Sequence record: NC_042116.1
DNA: 64,000 nucleotides
Direction: 5' to 3' (one strand)
The translations under genes and the position numbers were made by a program. Within the stretch, counting starts at the first letter, position 1. Each line of letters opens with the position of its first letter. Positions 31,417 through 41,114 of this stretch are shown piece by piece. The notes beneath the pieces are model-generated. The model saw only the letters and a program-made list of their open reading frames with translations. It had not been told where the DNA came from and ran no database searches.

Positions 31417-31572
31417 ATGAAGATATTAAAGTTACACAAAACTGTAGGATATATTACAATTACACTATTTAAAAATAATCCACAATATGGCGGTCGCTGT
31501 GATACGTGTGGAAGATATGATAATGATGGTGGTCCATTATGTAATAATGTTTTTTGTCCAGGAGGAAACTAA
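31417..31572 (+). CDS. small Cys-rich protein
   Basis: 'GGRCDTCG..CNNVFCP'; start refined to 31417. Confidence 0.55.
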   Translation: MKILKLHKTVGYITITLFKNNPQYGGRCDTCGRYDNDGGPLCNNVFCPGGN

Positions 31573-31826
31573 TGAATCCTAATGATTTTAATAGTTCCGA
31601 AAAATATACATGGTGCTATACTATGTCTGATCTTAGTGATATGTATGACTGTTTAAAACTTGTTGATGAACGTTTTATTACTGAATATGGTTGGGCTTTA
31701 CCTAATGATATTAAAGTTGGTGATACTTTTATTATTGAGGATCACAATACTGAACACGGAGTAAAACTTCTGAATAGTTTTACTATTCCATATCAATATA
31801 TCGCCTGCTTTCACGCTAACATTTAA
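31572..31826 (+). CDS. hypothetical protein
   Basis: GGAGG RBS, ATG 31572. Confidence 0.7.
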   Translation: MNPNDFNSSEKYTWCYTMSDLSDMYDCLKLVDERFITEYGWALPNDIKVGDTFIIEDHNTEHGVKLLNSFTIPYQYIACFHANI

Positions 31827-31836
31827 GGGTAGTTAT

Positions 31837-32199
31837 ATGAATTTTATCAGAGAAATGAAGTACAACCAAAATAATTCATTATATGATTTTAAAACACATG
31901 TGCACAATAATAATTTTGTAAATTTTCGTGTTATTGTTGGTGGACAGGACGCATTTTACGTAACGTATAGATTTGACACAGATACAATTGATTATATTTC
32001 ATTACGTTCATATGAAGGAAGTAAATTCATCAATAATGTTACATCTATTATTGAAAGTAAAGAAATATATGAAACCGAAAAACTAACTCAACCATTTTTA
32101 ACATATTTTAGTTACGAAAATATTTGTGAATTTTGTTGTTGGGTTTCCGAGGCAGTTATAAAATCGGAGAATGAAAATGCACTTTCTAATAATGGATAA
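31837..32199 (+). CDS. hypothetical protein
   Basis: 120 aa. Confidence 0.65.
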   Translation: MNFIREMKYNQNNSLYDFKTHVHNNNFVNFRVIVGGQDAFYVTYRFDTDTIDYISLRSYEGSKFINNVTSIIESKEIYETEKLTQPFLTYFSYENICEFCCWVSEAVIKSENENALSNNG

Positions 32200-32965
32200 G
32201 TACTTTAATGAAGAAGGTTTCCGTGTAATGAAAAATTACATGGTACAAAATAATATCTCTCACACTTCGGTAAAACCAGTTCCAGTACTGAATATATTTG
32301 TTCCAGAAGGTGTAGAAGATTATTCCGATGCTTCATATGATAAGTACTTTGATAAATCAGTACCTACTATGTCATTTGGTAGCTATGCATTAGCTAATCA
32401 ATTAGTTAAAGAAGGATATACTCCTGGTGGGTATATTAATGAGAACTTTAATATTAAAGTTCAAATGGAAAATTGGGGATTGAATAATTTCCTTAATGGC
32501 ACGGCTATATTTGGCACTTTAGAGAATATGACTGCACCAGACTGGAAACGTATTTTCATTCGTCCAGTACATGATACTAAACAGATGTTAGCTACTGTTA
32601 TTGAAAAAGAAAACTTTGATTATTCTTTAGAACTGTTCCGTTATGGTAAAGAACAAGGATTTGAAATTATGATCTCTGAATTTAAAGACATTAAAGCTGA
32701 ATTTCGTTTGTTTATTGTTCATGGTAAAGTTGTTGCACATTCATTATATAAGTTGAATGGTTCAGTATGTATTGCACCTACTGTTCCAGATGAAATAATT
32801 ATAAAAGCTGAAGAATTAAGTACTATTTGGACTCCTGCTGAAGCATTTGTAATGGATTTTGCAGAAACTGTTGACGGATTTAAAGTACTCGAAGTTAATA
32901 ACATAAACTGTGCTGGATTCTATGCATGTGATATTCCTTCAATTGTTGAGGCATTTATAAAATGA
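32171..32965 (+). CDS. ATP-grasp protein (DUF4343-like), paralog of 24088
   Basis: 'FIRPVHDTK', 'EFRLF', 'VMDFA...LEVNNINCAGFY'. Confidence 0.75.
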   Translation: MKMHFLIMDKYFNEEGFRVMKNYMVQNNISHTSVKPVPVLNIFVPEGVEDYSDASYDKYFDKSVPTMSFGSYALANQLVKEGYTPGGYINENFNIKVQMENWGLNNFLNGTAIFGTLENMTAPDWKRIFIRPVHDTKQMLATVIEKENFDYSLELFRYGKEQGFEIMISEFKDIKAEFRLFIVHGKVVAHSLYKLNGSVCIAPTVPDEIIIKAEELSTIWTPAEAFVMDFAETVDGFKVLEVNNINCAGFYACDIPSIVEAFIK

Positions 32966-33321
32966 AAAATCATTTGAACGAGTACTTTGAAGGATTAGAT
33001 AATCACATATTTGAATTTTATGAAACTATAAATCAAAATATTAGTTCAAAAAAAATAACTATTCAAATGACTTTTTTATATAATAAGCATATAAATTTTC
33101 ATTATAATATTGAAAATGACGAATTAGTTATAGAAGATTTTGTTGATAAAATAAAATTAAAATATCCAAATTTCTCAAAACTTCAAGATGAAGCTTATCA
33201 TTTTCAAAAAATGACAGTATGGCCTCATATTAGTTTTGAATGTACTGAAGTTGAGAAATTTATGATTGAAATTGAAAGGATTAAAAATGAAACCGAATTT
33301 GCCCCAAGAGCCAAATCCTAA
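32962..33321 (+). CDS. hypothetical protein ('EExxFQ' family)
   Basis: 'DEAYHFQKMT'. Confidence 0.65.
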   Translation: MKNHLNEYFEGLDNHIFEFYETINQNISSKKITIQMTFLYNKHINFHYNIENDELVIEDFVDKIKLKYPNFSKLQDEAYHFQKMTVWPHISFECTEVEKFMIEIERIKNETEFAPRAKS

Positions 33322-33526
33322 TTTAATTGAAAGTATGTGTATGCGTTATGACCATTCTCATGGTATCCGTTCCCCACGGTTCAATAATAATACTTTTGAA
33401 ATAGAAACGGAAGAAGAGTTTGAACAAAGACAGGATTCTAACCGTAGAATGATGCGTAAACTATATGAAGAAGTTTCGGGGTATGGATTCTATCAATATA
33501 CAAAGGATGATAGTACTGATGAATGA
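33266..33526 (+). CDS. hypothetical protein
   Basis: 'SMCMRYDH..G...MRKLYEEVSG.GFY'. Confidence 0.7.
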   Translation: MKLKGLKMKPNLPQEPNPNLIESMCMRYDHSHGIRSPRFNNNTFEIETEEEFEQRQDSNRRMMRKLYEEVSGYGFYQYTKDDSTDE

Positions 33527-33947
33527 AGCAGCTAGAAAACAATTGCATGATATAGCAGACAACGCATGTTATATATACACTACTATTATCAGAGAAAGAA
33601 TTAAGTATTCAAAGTTCAGTAATGTTAGTATTCAAATTGACAATGCTATTCAATTTACTAATACACCAGATAAATTTGAAATGTGGATTAAATTTGGTAA
33701 GCATACTTTTATATACAGTGAAGATAGCGTAATCTATCGATATTGGGATAGAAAAAAATCTGACAAATTTATATTTGATGTAATTGAATTGCCTAATATT
33801 AACAAATTTATTTTTTCTGAAGAATATTATTTTCAGCAAAGTACTTTATTTGATTTCAAGTATTTCGAACTAGAAGATTTAAAAGCGTTAGATACAATTC
33901 GTAAAAAAGTACAACAACAATGGTCGGATCAACTTTTAAATTGGTAA
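33465..33947 (+). CDS. hypothetical protein ('EExxFQ' family)
   Basis: 'SEEYYFQQSTL'; real start probably ~33519. Confidence 0.7.
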   Translation: MKKFRGMDSINIQRMIVLMNEAARKQLHDIADNACYIYTTIIRERIKYSKFSNVSIQIDNAIQFTNTPDKFEMWIKFGKHTFIYSEDSVIYRYWDRKKSDKFIFDVIELPNINKFIFSEEYYFQQSTLFDFKYFELEDLKALDTIRKKVQQQWSDQLLNW

Positions 33948-33951
33948 TATT

Positions 33952-34134
33952 ATGATAACACGATATGAATTAATTGATGGTGAAATAGTACCTCACGAAT
34001 TTGGTGAATATGTAAAATTCACTGATTATAAACAAGCTGAAGATGCCAGAAGTAAAGCTGTATCAGATGCGGGTTGGGCAGCAGACGCAGCTAGAGAACA
34101 AAATGAAATTAATAGATATAAGGATTGGAACTAA
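33952..34134 (+). CDS. hypothetical protein
   Basis: 60 aa. Confidence 0.6.
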   Translation: MITRYELIDGEIVPHEFGEYVKFTDYKQAEDARSKAVSDAGWAADAAREQNEINRYKDWN

Positions 34135-34367
34135 TGAGTACTAAAGTAATACTTAATGTTTGTAATTCTGATTTAGAATATGCACATTCTGCATGGGATG
34201 GAGCTGAAATTTCAATATATAGAATCAATGAAGTTCTTAAAGAACGTGGTATTGATATTCAATTTTATTTAGAAACACATGAAGAAGATGAATATCCTGA
34301 TAAGTTTTGGAATGAATCAAATCCAGAATATAATCCAACTGGTATTGAGATTGAAGAACATGAATAA
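34125..34367 (+). CDS. hypothetical protein
   Basis: 80 aa. Confidence 0.6.
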   Translation: MELMSTKVILNVCNSDLEYAHSAWDGAEISIYRINEVLKERGIDIQFYLETHEEDEYPDKFWNESNPEYNPTGIEIEEHE

Positions 34368-34881
34368 TGAAAATCTAAAAGATGATTTATCAAGTGAATT
34401 CAGTGCATATATTGCTGAATTAAGTATAACTGATGATATTAAACATTCTAAAATTTATATATATTGGCATTATATGGTAGGCGAATATTGTATTGAAATT
34501 AATAATAAATGGTCAGGGTATGTTCCTGAAGAATTTATATTTAAATCAGGGTTTGATAATTATATTCGTTGGTCAAAATATTGGGAAAAATATAGAACAG
34601 ATGAATGTTTTATGGGACTATATCGTAAATTCGCTCAATCATTTGATAAATTTTTCTTGTTGGATCACAGTAATGATAGTGAATTAGATGGTCATATGAA
34701 TATGTTTTTATATATTATTAATACAAATTCAATTCCAATCGAATATCGAAAAATGATACTAAGTAGAGTAATTGAAGTATTAACTGAACGTATGTATTAT
34801 AATTATGCAGAAATTGTAAAATCAGCTTTGGAAGAACTTGATGGAATACAAGAAAATATCAGACGTAGTAAAAAAGTTTAA
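34279..34881 (+). CDS. hypothetical protein
   Basis: 200-aa ORF; real start probably ~34360. Confidence 0.65.
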   Translation: MKKMNILISFGMNQIQNIIQLVLRLKNMNNENLKDDLSSEFSAYIAELSITDDIKHSKIYIYWHYMVGEYCIEINNKWSGYVPEEFIFKSGFDNYIRWSKYWEKYRTDECFMGLYRKFAQSFDKFFLLDHSNDSELDGHMNMFLYIINTNSIPIEYRKMILSRVIEVLTERMYYNYAEIVKSALEELDGIQENIRRSKKV

Positions 34882-35272
34882 TGCTAAATTTGATGGATTA
34901 TTTAAAACAGTTAATCGTGGAGATTATTGTTATTTTAAAATAAATGATTTTTTCACTATAAAATGTGGAAATGATATGGTTGTACAATTTAAATATATAC
35001 CAAATAGCCAAGATTATTATTATATGAATTATGATTATAATAATGATTCTGTTATGTTCTATACAACGAGAAAATATAGTGGTCATTGGAAACATTCATC
35101 ACCTGATAATATCGTAATATTCAAGAACTTAACAAGGTTATGTACAGAGGAAGGACATTTTCAGGAAATGACCAGACAGGACTTGACTGATTTTGAAATT
35201 TCTGATATAATTTCTTTATTATTGATGGGTAAGACCATCGTTGACAAAACTAAGGAATATAGAAATGTCTGA
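34838..35272 (+). CDS. hypothetical protein ('EExxFQ' family)
   Basis: 'TEEGHFQEMT'. Confidence 0.65.
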   Translation: MMEYKKISDVVKKFNAKFDGLFKTVNRGDYCYFKINDFFTIKCGNDMVVQFKYIPNSQDYYYMNYDYNNDSVMFYTTRKYSGHWKHSSPDNIVIFKNLTRLCTEEGHFQEMTRQDLTDFEISDIISLLLMGKTIVDKTKEYRNV

Positions 35273-35603
35273 ACATGCTTCACCACAATTGATAAATGTT
35301 TCTATTAAGCATGGTGACGTTATTGATATTGAACATACTTGTGTTGACCGTCGAGAGCATATTAGTGTTTTTGTAAGTCATTCTACTATTCATAACGGAA
35401 GGGGTGTGGCTATTTTTCATGATAATGATGGAAAAGTTTATCTATGGAAACCTTCAGACAAATGTCCTCATGGTATAATTGAACGAGTTGATAGTCCAAA
35501 TGAAGACTTTTTGGTGAATCCATATGTGAGAATTTACTGTCCTGATGTGGATAAATTTAGACCAGTGGATTCGTTTTCTGGTTCATATCTAATAACGAAG
35601 TAA
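35241..35603 (+). CDS. hypothetical protein
   Basis: 120-aa ORF. Confidence 0.65.
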   Translation: MTKLRNIEMSEHASPQLINVSIKHGDVIDIEHTCVDRREHISVFVSHSTIHNGRGVAIFHDNDGKVYLWKPSDKCPHGIIERVDSPNEDFLVNPYVRIYCPDVDKFRPVDSFSGSYLITK

Positions 35604-35617
35604 CAGGGGAATTTGAA

Positions 35618-36019
35618 ATGGAAAAGCCAGTACTAAAATATAAATGTTATATTCTATTACGAGAAGATCTTGAAATGCCACAAGGTAAGTTTGCAGTACA
35701 AGTGGGGCATGGAATTGACCAAGCGTGGAGTAAGTATTTGGAATATAAAAATAGTTCAAATACTAATGATATAATTGCTGTGTCTAATTTTGAAGATTGG
35801 GTATCTGAGGGACGCCGGAAGATTGTATTACGTCTTAAAGATGAAGATCATATGAATAAAATTAAAGAAAAGATACAATCTAATAGTACTGAACCATATT
35901 TTGTTCATGATATTTTTGATTATGGCTTTAATTTCTTTGATGGTTTAACTCAAACGGGTTTAATCATTTATCCAACTCAATGTGAAATTTCTGCTGTAAA
36001 AAGGTTACGTTGTTGGTAA
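35618..36019 (+). CDS. pth2: peptidyl-tRNA hydrolase type 2 (Pth2) family
   Basis: 'REDLEMPQGKFAVQVGHG', 'W...G.RKIVL', 'D.G..F..G.T.T', 'KRLR.W'. Confidence 0.8.
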   Translation: MEKPVLKYKCYILLREDLEMPQGKFAVQVGHGIDQAWSKYLEYKNSSNTNDIIAVSNFEDWVSEGRRKIVLRLKDEDHMNKIKEKIQSNSTEPYFVHDIFDYGFNFFDGLTQTGLIIYPTQCEISAVKRLRCW

Positions 36020-36092
36020 AAAGGTACACACTATTATACCCATGTATTACAGTGCTTTCTATAAATAATATAAAGTTATTATGGAGAGTACT

Positions 36093-36563
36093 ATGAGAAA
36101 AGATATTCTAGAAAGTAGAGAGTTGATTGAAAAACTGATAAGTGAAAATCAACCAAAGACGGAAATCGCAAGACAACTAAATTGTAAGATTGACACATTA
36201 AATTTGTATCTTAAAAAGATGGAAATTGTGTATAATGGTAACATGGGTGGTAAGGGTATTAAAACTCAACCTAGACAATATGTTACTGCTATGGAATATA
36301 TTGAACGCGGCAAACAAGGTCAATATGTTAAATCACACAAACTACGTCTTAAATTAATTAAAGATGGAATCAAAAAAGAAAAGTGTGAAATATGTGGTAA
36401 TCATGAATGGAATGGTAAAACTATACCATTAGAATTAGATCATATTGATGGTGACCATTATAATAACAATTTAGAAAATCTCCGTATTATATGTCCTAAT
36501 TGCCATGCACAAACTGATACACATGCTGGTAAAAATGTTGGTAAAAATATGAAACAGAAATAA
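36093..36563 (+). CDS. HNH homing endonuclease
   Basis: 'CEICG...LELDHIDGD..NN..ENLRIICPNCH'; TATAAATA at 36060, GGAG RBS before ATG 36093. Confidence 0.85.
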   Translation: MRKDILESRELIEKLISENQPKTEIARQLNCKIDTLNLYLKKMEIVYNGNMGGKGIKTQPRQYVTAMEYIERGKQGQYVKSHKLRLKLIKDGIKKEKCEICGNHEWNGKTIPLELDHIDGDHYNNNLENLRIICPNCHAQTDTHAGKNVGKNMKQK

Positions 36564-36593
36564 AATTTGTGGTATAATATAAATAAGACAAAC

Positions 36594-36675
36594 GGGGATG
36601 TGGCGTAATTGGCAGCCGCACGAGTTTTAGGTATTCGCGTCTTCGGACGTGTCGGTTCGAGTCCGACCATCCCCA
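36594..36675 (+). tRNA. tRNA-Leu(UAG)
   Basis: GGGGATG/CATCCCC, CGAGT-TTTAGGT-ATTCG, long variable arm. Confidence 0.9.
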
Positions 36676-36876
36676 CGAAAGTAAATTCAGTACCCCGCTC
36701 AATGATGGTCTGAATTGTTCGAGTGCAAAAGCACAGTAGAGTCATACGTGACTCTCGCCCTTTTTGGTTCATTTGGTAATTCATTATTTTGCTTGACAGT
36801 ATATCATCTTTGTGTGATAATATATGTACAAGCTTTAAAGCTGCTTGATGCAGCTTTTTTTATTTCTGGAGAAAAC

Positions 36877-37263
36877 ATGAAACCCAATGCAATGAATAAT
36901 GCAAACCTATATTGGTTTATTTTCTTTTGGATTGCATTCACTGTAGTAAATTTATATATTAATATGTATAAACCACAAGTTTATTATGAAAAGAAACTTG
37001 CTGATGCGGTTAAATTTGAACTAAAGAAAGTTGATCCTGTTCGACAAAATGAGCCAGCATACATTGCGTTATTACAAAAATTACGTATAAATTGTGTTAG
37101 TGCAACCGATAAAGAAAACAATACCTTTTATTCATGTCCAACTGGTGAAAAGGTGAGTATGATTAATTGGACACGTGGTGACAAGAAAGGCGTAGTTACT
37201 CGTGAATATAATAAAGATGACACCTTAATATTAATATACGGACACCCTGATGATGTTTACTAA
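36877..37263 (+). CDS. N-anchored membrane protein
   Basis: GGAG RBS, ATG 36877, single TM. Confidence 0.7.
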   Translation: MKPNAMNNANLYWFIFFWIAFTVVNLYINMYKPQVYYEKKLADAVKFELKKVDPVRQNEPAYIALLQKLRINCVSATDKENNTFYSCPTGEKVSMINWTRGDKKGVVTREYNKDDTLILIYGHPDDVY

Positions 37264-37477
37264 AATTGAAAATTCTGAAGTACTAATTAAAACTTCTTTT
37301 GGATATAAGGTACTTCCATTGTTTGTACGAAATAGTACTAAACAGGTGTATGCAAAAAATGGTCAATATTATATTGCCATATTAGTATCCAAAATAACAA
37401 GTAATGCTAAAATTAGTTGGCAGGAAATTAATATTCCTGAAAACTTTGAAAAAGGCCATTTGGTCTATAACGAGTAA
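37250..37477 (+). CDS. hypothetical protein
   Basis: 75 aa. Confidence 0.65.
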   Translation: MMFTKIENSEVLIKTSFGYKVLPLFVRNSTKQVYAKNGQYYIAILVSKITSNAKISWQEINIPENFEKGHLVYNE

Positions 37478-37648
37478 TAATGAAATCAATTTATTTAACG
37501 AGTACCCATAATAGCCGTACTTTTATGCTTACCAGCTATGACCCAAAGACAATTATTATGTTTGAAAATCCAGTACAAGAGATTGACATTCATGGTAATA
37601 AACTAGTATACTATACTACAATTCAAATTCGAAAGATGTGAGATTTAT

Positions 37649-37903
37649 ATGACTAAAGTTGTTCGTAAGCGTCGAGTACTTGATAATGATGAATTTAAAT
37701 CAAGAGAAATTCATCGCCAGCTATGGCGTCGTCTTTGTGCTGGAGAAAAACAAATTGTCGTAACTGAAACATATATAGATCCTGAAAGTATTTTTGGAAC
37801 ATATTTCAAAGTATTCAATCATTTTATTAAAAACGGATTACTTGAAGTAATCACTATTGATCAGTTAGATCCATCTGAACACGAATTCACAGTAATTAAA
37901 TGA
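37649..37903 (+). CDS. hypothetical protein
   Basis: 84 aa. Confidence 0.65.
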   Translation: MTKVVRKRRVLDNDEFKSREIHRQLWRRLCAGEKQIVVTETYIDPESIFGTYFKVFNHFIKNGLLEVITIDQLDPSEHEFTVIK

Positions 37904-37911
37904 GGTAATTT

Positions 37912-38271
37912 ATGTCTTGGAACAACCGTGTAGTTATTAATGAACATACTTATATTGATGGTGGAAAAGAAAGTACTGCAACTATGCATGAAGTACATTA
38001 CACCGCCGATGGCGTAATGTTTAGTGGTGCTCTTTTTCCACAAGGATCTGGTACTGATAGTACTGAAGCACTTCAAGCATTGAAGTTAGAACTTCAGATG
38101 ATGCTTGAAGCGGTAGAATTCGTACTTGATGGTAAAACTTCTATTTTTGACTATGATAATAAAGATACGCATGATGCGGGTGAACATTCTGAAATTATTC
38201 GTAAACGAAATGAAGTTAAAGTACTTGATCGTGATGATGCATATCTTGATGAAAAATATGGCGACGAATAA
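37912..38271 (+). CDS. hypothetical protein
   Basis: 'MSWNNRV...HEVHY', GAGGT RBS. Confidence 0.75.
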   Translation: MSWNNRVVINEHTYIDGGKESTATMHEVHYTADGVMFSGALFPQGSGTDSTEALQALKLELQMMLEAVEFVLDGKTSIFDYDNKDTHDAGEHSEIIRKRNEVKVLDRDDAYLDEKYGDE

Positions 38272-38579
38272 TGAATCTATATCATGAACTTGAATTTTTA
38301 AAAGATTCACAAGTAAAGTTGATTGAACAAGTGCAGAATTTGCGAAATCGTAGTAATGAATCACTTGAAGAGGGTGCTACATATCGTTTTGTACTATGTA
38401 ATGCTAAAATTAGTTTTTTGAATTCAATTATTCATGATATTGAATTTGCCATGTCTGGACATGCACCGGACATTGTGATACAATCTACCATAGATGCCGT
38501 AACGCATGTTGAAGAAAATTTCAAGCCATTTTTAGGCCAATGTGGTTCTGATTGTGATCCTAAAAAGGAGAATAAATGA
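38271..38579 (+). CDS. hypothetical protein
   Basis: 102 aa. Confidence 0.65.
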   Translation: MNLYHELEFLKDSQVKLIEQVQNLRNRSNESLEEGATYRFVLCNAKISFLNSIIHDIEFAMSGHAPDIVIQSTIDAVTHVEENFKPFLGQCGSDCDPKKENK

Positions 38580-39277
38580 ATAATAACTTAAAAGAATTAT
38601 TAGATGCTGCATTAAAAGACATTAAAAATATGTCTACTGATGACTTCTTTGAAAAAATGTATGGTTACAATCCAGAACAGTTGAAAGCATATACTGAAGA
38701 AGTATTTTTGGTAGAACTTCAGTACTTGAGAAGTTTCTTTGTGGATGGTGCCTATTCTTTTGAACCAAGTTATGACAATCTTCCAGTACCCGAAATTACT
38801 AAATTATTTTGGAATTATATTGAACGAAATGCTCGTAGCACCTATGAAGATTCAACTGAACCATTCCCTACATATTATGTAGAATTGCCTAAGTATGGGA
38901 TTCGTCTAACACATATACATGGTCAAGGGGTTATTACGGTTGTTGAAGACTTTGATTATTCAGATCCTATGTATATTGTAAAAAATATTACTCGATTTAA
39001 ACGTGAAGCAGCATGGGAACACCAACGTAAAATTGATGAATTGTTGTATGATAAACCTAAGCAATTAGATGAAGTACGATTTAGTACTGAAATAAATGGT
39101 ATTGGTATTGTAGATACGGGTATTGTAGAACGTGTGTATACTAAAAAAGGTATAGTACGGTACTTGATTGATTCGGTACATAATGGTAAAGTACTCGTAT
39201 TTCATAGTGGTGGAAACAAATACCCTATGGATGCAGTAGAAGTAACTGTACTTCACCCTAATAATTATAATAGGTAA
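38576..39277 (+). CDS. hypothetical protein
   Basis: 233 aa, 'HGQG'. Confidence 0.75.
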   Translation: MNNNLKELLDAALKDIKNMSTDDFFEKMYGYNPEQLKAYTEEVFLVELQYLRSFFVDGAYSFEPSYDNLPVPEITKLFWNYIERNARSTYEDSTEPFPTYYVELPKYGIRLTHIHGQGVITVVEDFDYSDPMYIVKNITRFKREAAWEHQRKIDELLYDKPKQLDEVRFSTEINGIGIVDTGIVERVYTKKGIVRYLIDSVHNGKVLVFHSGGNKYPMDAVEVTVLHPNNYNR

Positions 39278-39281
39278 TACT

Positions 39282-39635
39282 ATGGAAATTGATTTTAATC
39301 TTGTTCGTGAATTGACACATGCATTAGAAATGAATGGTCGTCAGTTTATTTTACGTGATTTAAAAATTCAAGAAATGAAAGCTAACGGTACATATGATGT
39401 TAAACATAATCAGGATTTAATTTATTTTCATATAGTTAGTTCTAATATAAATTCAGTACTTGAACGTATTTTTTGGTACTTCGAACATAAAAATCAATCT
39501 GATATTTTAGAATTATCTTTTAGAAATTTAGTTATAAGTGCATATAATGATTATAAAGAGTTTTCATCTCATTGTGATTTTTTATCAGAAATGGATCGTA
39601 AATATAATTTAAATGCACTTGGCTATTCTCATTAA
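39282..39635 (+). CDS. hypothetical protein
   Basis: 117 aa. Confidence 0.65.
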   Translation: MEIDFNLVRELTHALEMNGRQFILRDLKIQEMKANGTYDVKHNQDLIYFHIVSSNINSVLERIFWYFEHKNQSDILELSFRNLVISAYNDYKEFSSHCDFLSEMDRKYNLNALGYSH

Positions 39636-39788
39636 GGAATTGTAATGATTACTAATGAATGTATTGAATCCAAAACATTTGATGATAACGTTCGTAACAC
39701 ATTAAATGATGAAATGGAATTATTGCGTATAAACACTATTGATGGATTACATGATGCTGTTAATAAATTAAAATAATAAAAGAATACC

Positions 39789-40030
39789 GCATGTATTAGG
39801 ATGTTGGCCTAACAGTAGCCATCATTTAAAGAGTATCGAGAACGATCCGTCTAGTGAAGAAGCCACGAAAGTAACTAGCGTATAAGTTCAGGGGGAAGAT
39901 TCTGAAAATAGTACTGATATGTTTCATGGGCCAGTATGGAATTAAGTATTCAATTAGCGGTGGCGTTGATTTTATATAATGTCAGTACTTACCCTTAGAG
40001 ATTTTGGTGTAATAACACACTACTACATGC
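39789..40030 (+). ncRNA. 23S rRNA L11-binding (GTPase-associated centre) mimic with ~170-nt insertion
   Basis: AGGATGTTGGCCTAACAGTAGCCATCATTTAAAGAGT ... GTGTAATAACACAC closed by GCATGTA/TACATGC; matches E. coli 23S ~1051-1108 as recalled. Confidence 0.75.
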
Positions 40031-40054
40031 ATTTTAATTAAATGAGGATACCTT

Positions 40055-40528
40055 ATGTTTGAATTTGACAGTATTCAAGATTTTGTTTGTAAATCTTTAA
40101 TAGGAAAAGTACTTGTTAAGGTTGATGATGTTGAACTTTTAGAAACTATAGTTCGTGCTCATCATGATTCTAGTACTAATTCTATTATTGTAGAATCAGA
40201 AACATCACAAATATATATCTATAATAGTTCTTTTGTGATAGTTGATAACTTGGTTGAAGTAGATTGGGGAAACTATAGTTTACAAGTAGAACCTAAATTT
40301 GGTATTTCAAGTTGGTTATCCAAATCTGAAAAAAATGAAGATTATGGAGATGTATTCAGTACTGACGAATTCTTTGAACATGTTGAATCTGGTATGTTCA
40401 TCGATTCAGATGGACATGGATATCCAAGTAATGGAACTCATCATATTTTCACCTGTTTGTCAGTACGTGATCTTGCAGCATGTAAATATAGTAAAACTGT
40501 ATCTCACATCATATGGTATAATAAATGA
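40055..40528 (+). CDS. hypothetical protein
   Basis: 157 aa, 'F.D.DG.GY', 'WYNK'. Confidence 0.7.
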   Translation: MFEFDSIQDFVCKSLIGKVLVKVDDVELLETIVRAHHDSSTNSIIVESETSQIYIYNSSFVIVDNLVEVDWGNYSLQVEPKFGISSWLSKSEKNEDYGDVFSTDEFFEHVESGMFIDSDGHGYPSNGTHHIFTCLSVRDLAACKYSKTVSHIIWYNK

Positions 40529-40857
40529 CTATAAAAGTAAGTGGAAAAGTAACTGAAGTAAAATCAGTTGAAGTTGATATTAGTATTGTTGAGTTAGAAA
40601 AAGCTTCATCAAATTTGATTCCAGGTCAGCTTTTGATTATATTGAAAAAGAAATTAGTTCAAAAACTTATTGAGAAAGATGGTTCTTTAGATAATGCTAA
40701 ACTATCATGGAATGATAATTATTGGGAAATTTTTGATTATTATGATTACCATCATAGAGAAAATAAATTTATAAAACTTCGTGATTTAAATAATGAAGAA
40801 AAGTACGCATTATCTACATTTAATGATGTATCTGAACTATTCAGAAAATTACAATGA
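40525..40857 (+). CDS. hypothetical protein
   Basis: 110 aa. Confidence 0.65.
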   Translation: MTIKVSGKVTEVKSVEVDISIVELEKASSNLIPGQLLIILKKKLVQKLIEKDGSLDNAKLSWNDNYWEIFDYYDYHHRENKFIKLRDLNNEEKYALSTFNDVSELFRKLQ

Positions 40858-41111
40858 CAGTACAAAAATTTGAAAAGTTACCTATCCAGATTTATGCCCT
40901 TGAATGGACTGGTAATAATATTAATGAGTTAAAAGACTTTGGTAGTCCAAACGAAGTAAAGATCGATAATATGGGTCATTGCAAAGTTGAAACTTTAGAA
41001 GGTTGGTTAACTGCATCGGTTGGTGATATGATCATCAGAGGTGTACAAGGGGAAATTTACCCATGCAAACCGGATGTGTTTGCATTAACGTATCGTAAAA
41101 TTGAGGAATAA
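40854..41111 (+). CDS. conserved phage protein (PGDYG-like motif)
   Basis: 'TLEG...ASVGDMII.GVQGEIYPCKPDVF..TY'. Confidence 0.75.
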   Translation: MTVQKFEKLPIQIYALEWTGNNINELKDFGSPNEVKIDNMGHCKVETLEGWLTASVGDMIIRGVQGEIYPCKPDVFALTYRKIEE

Positions 41112-41114
41112 AAA

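Noticed and set aside
39789-40030. A true rRNA gene fragment or host contamination
   Set aside because: Only ~55 nt match, split by a 172-nt insertion, with compensatory substitutions, embedded in continuous phage-type gene order.
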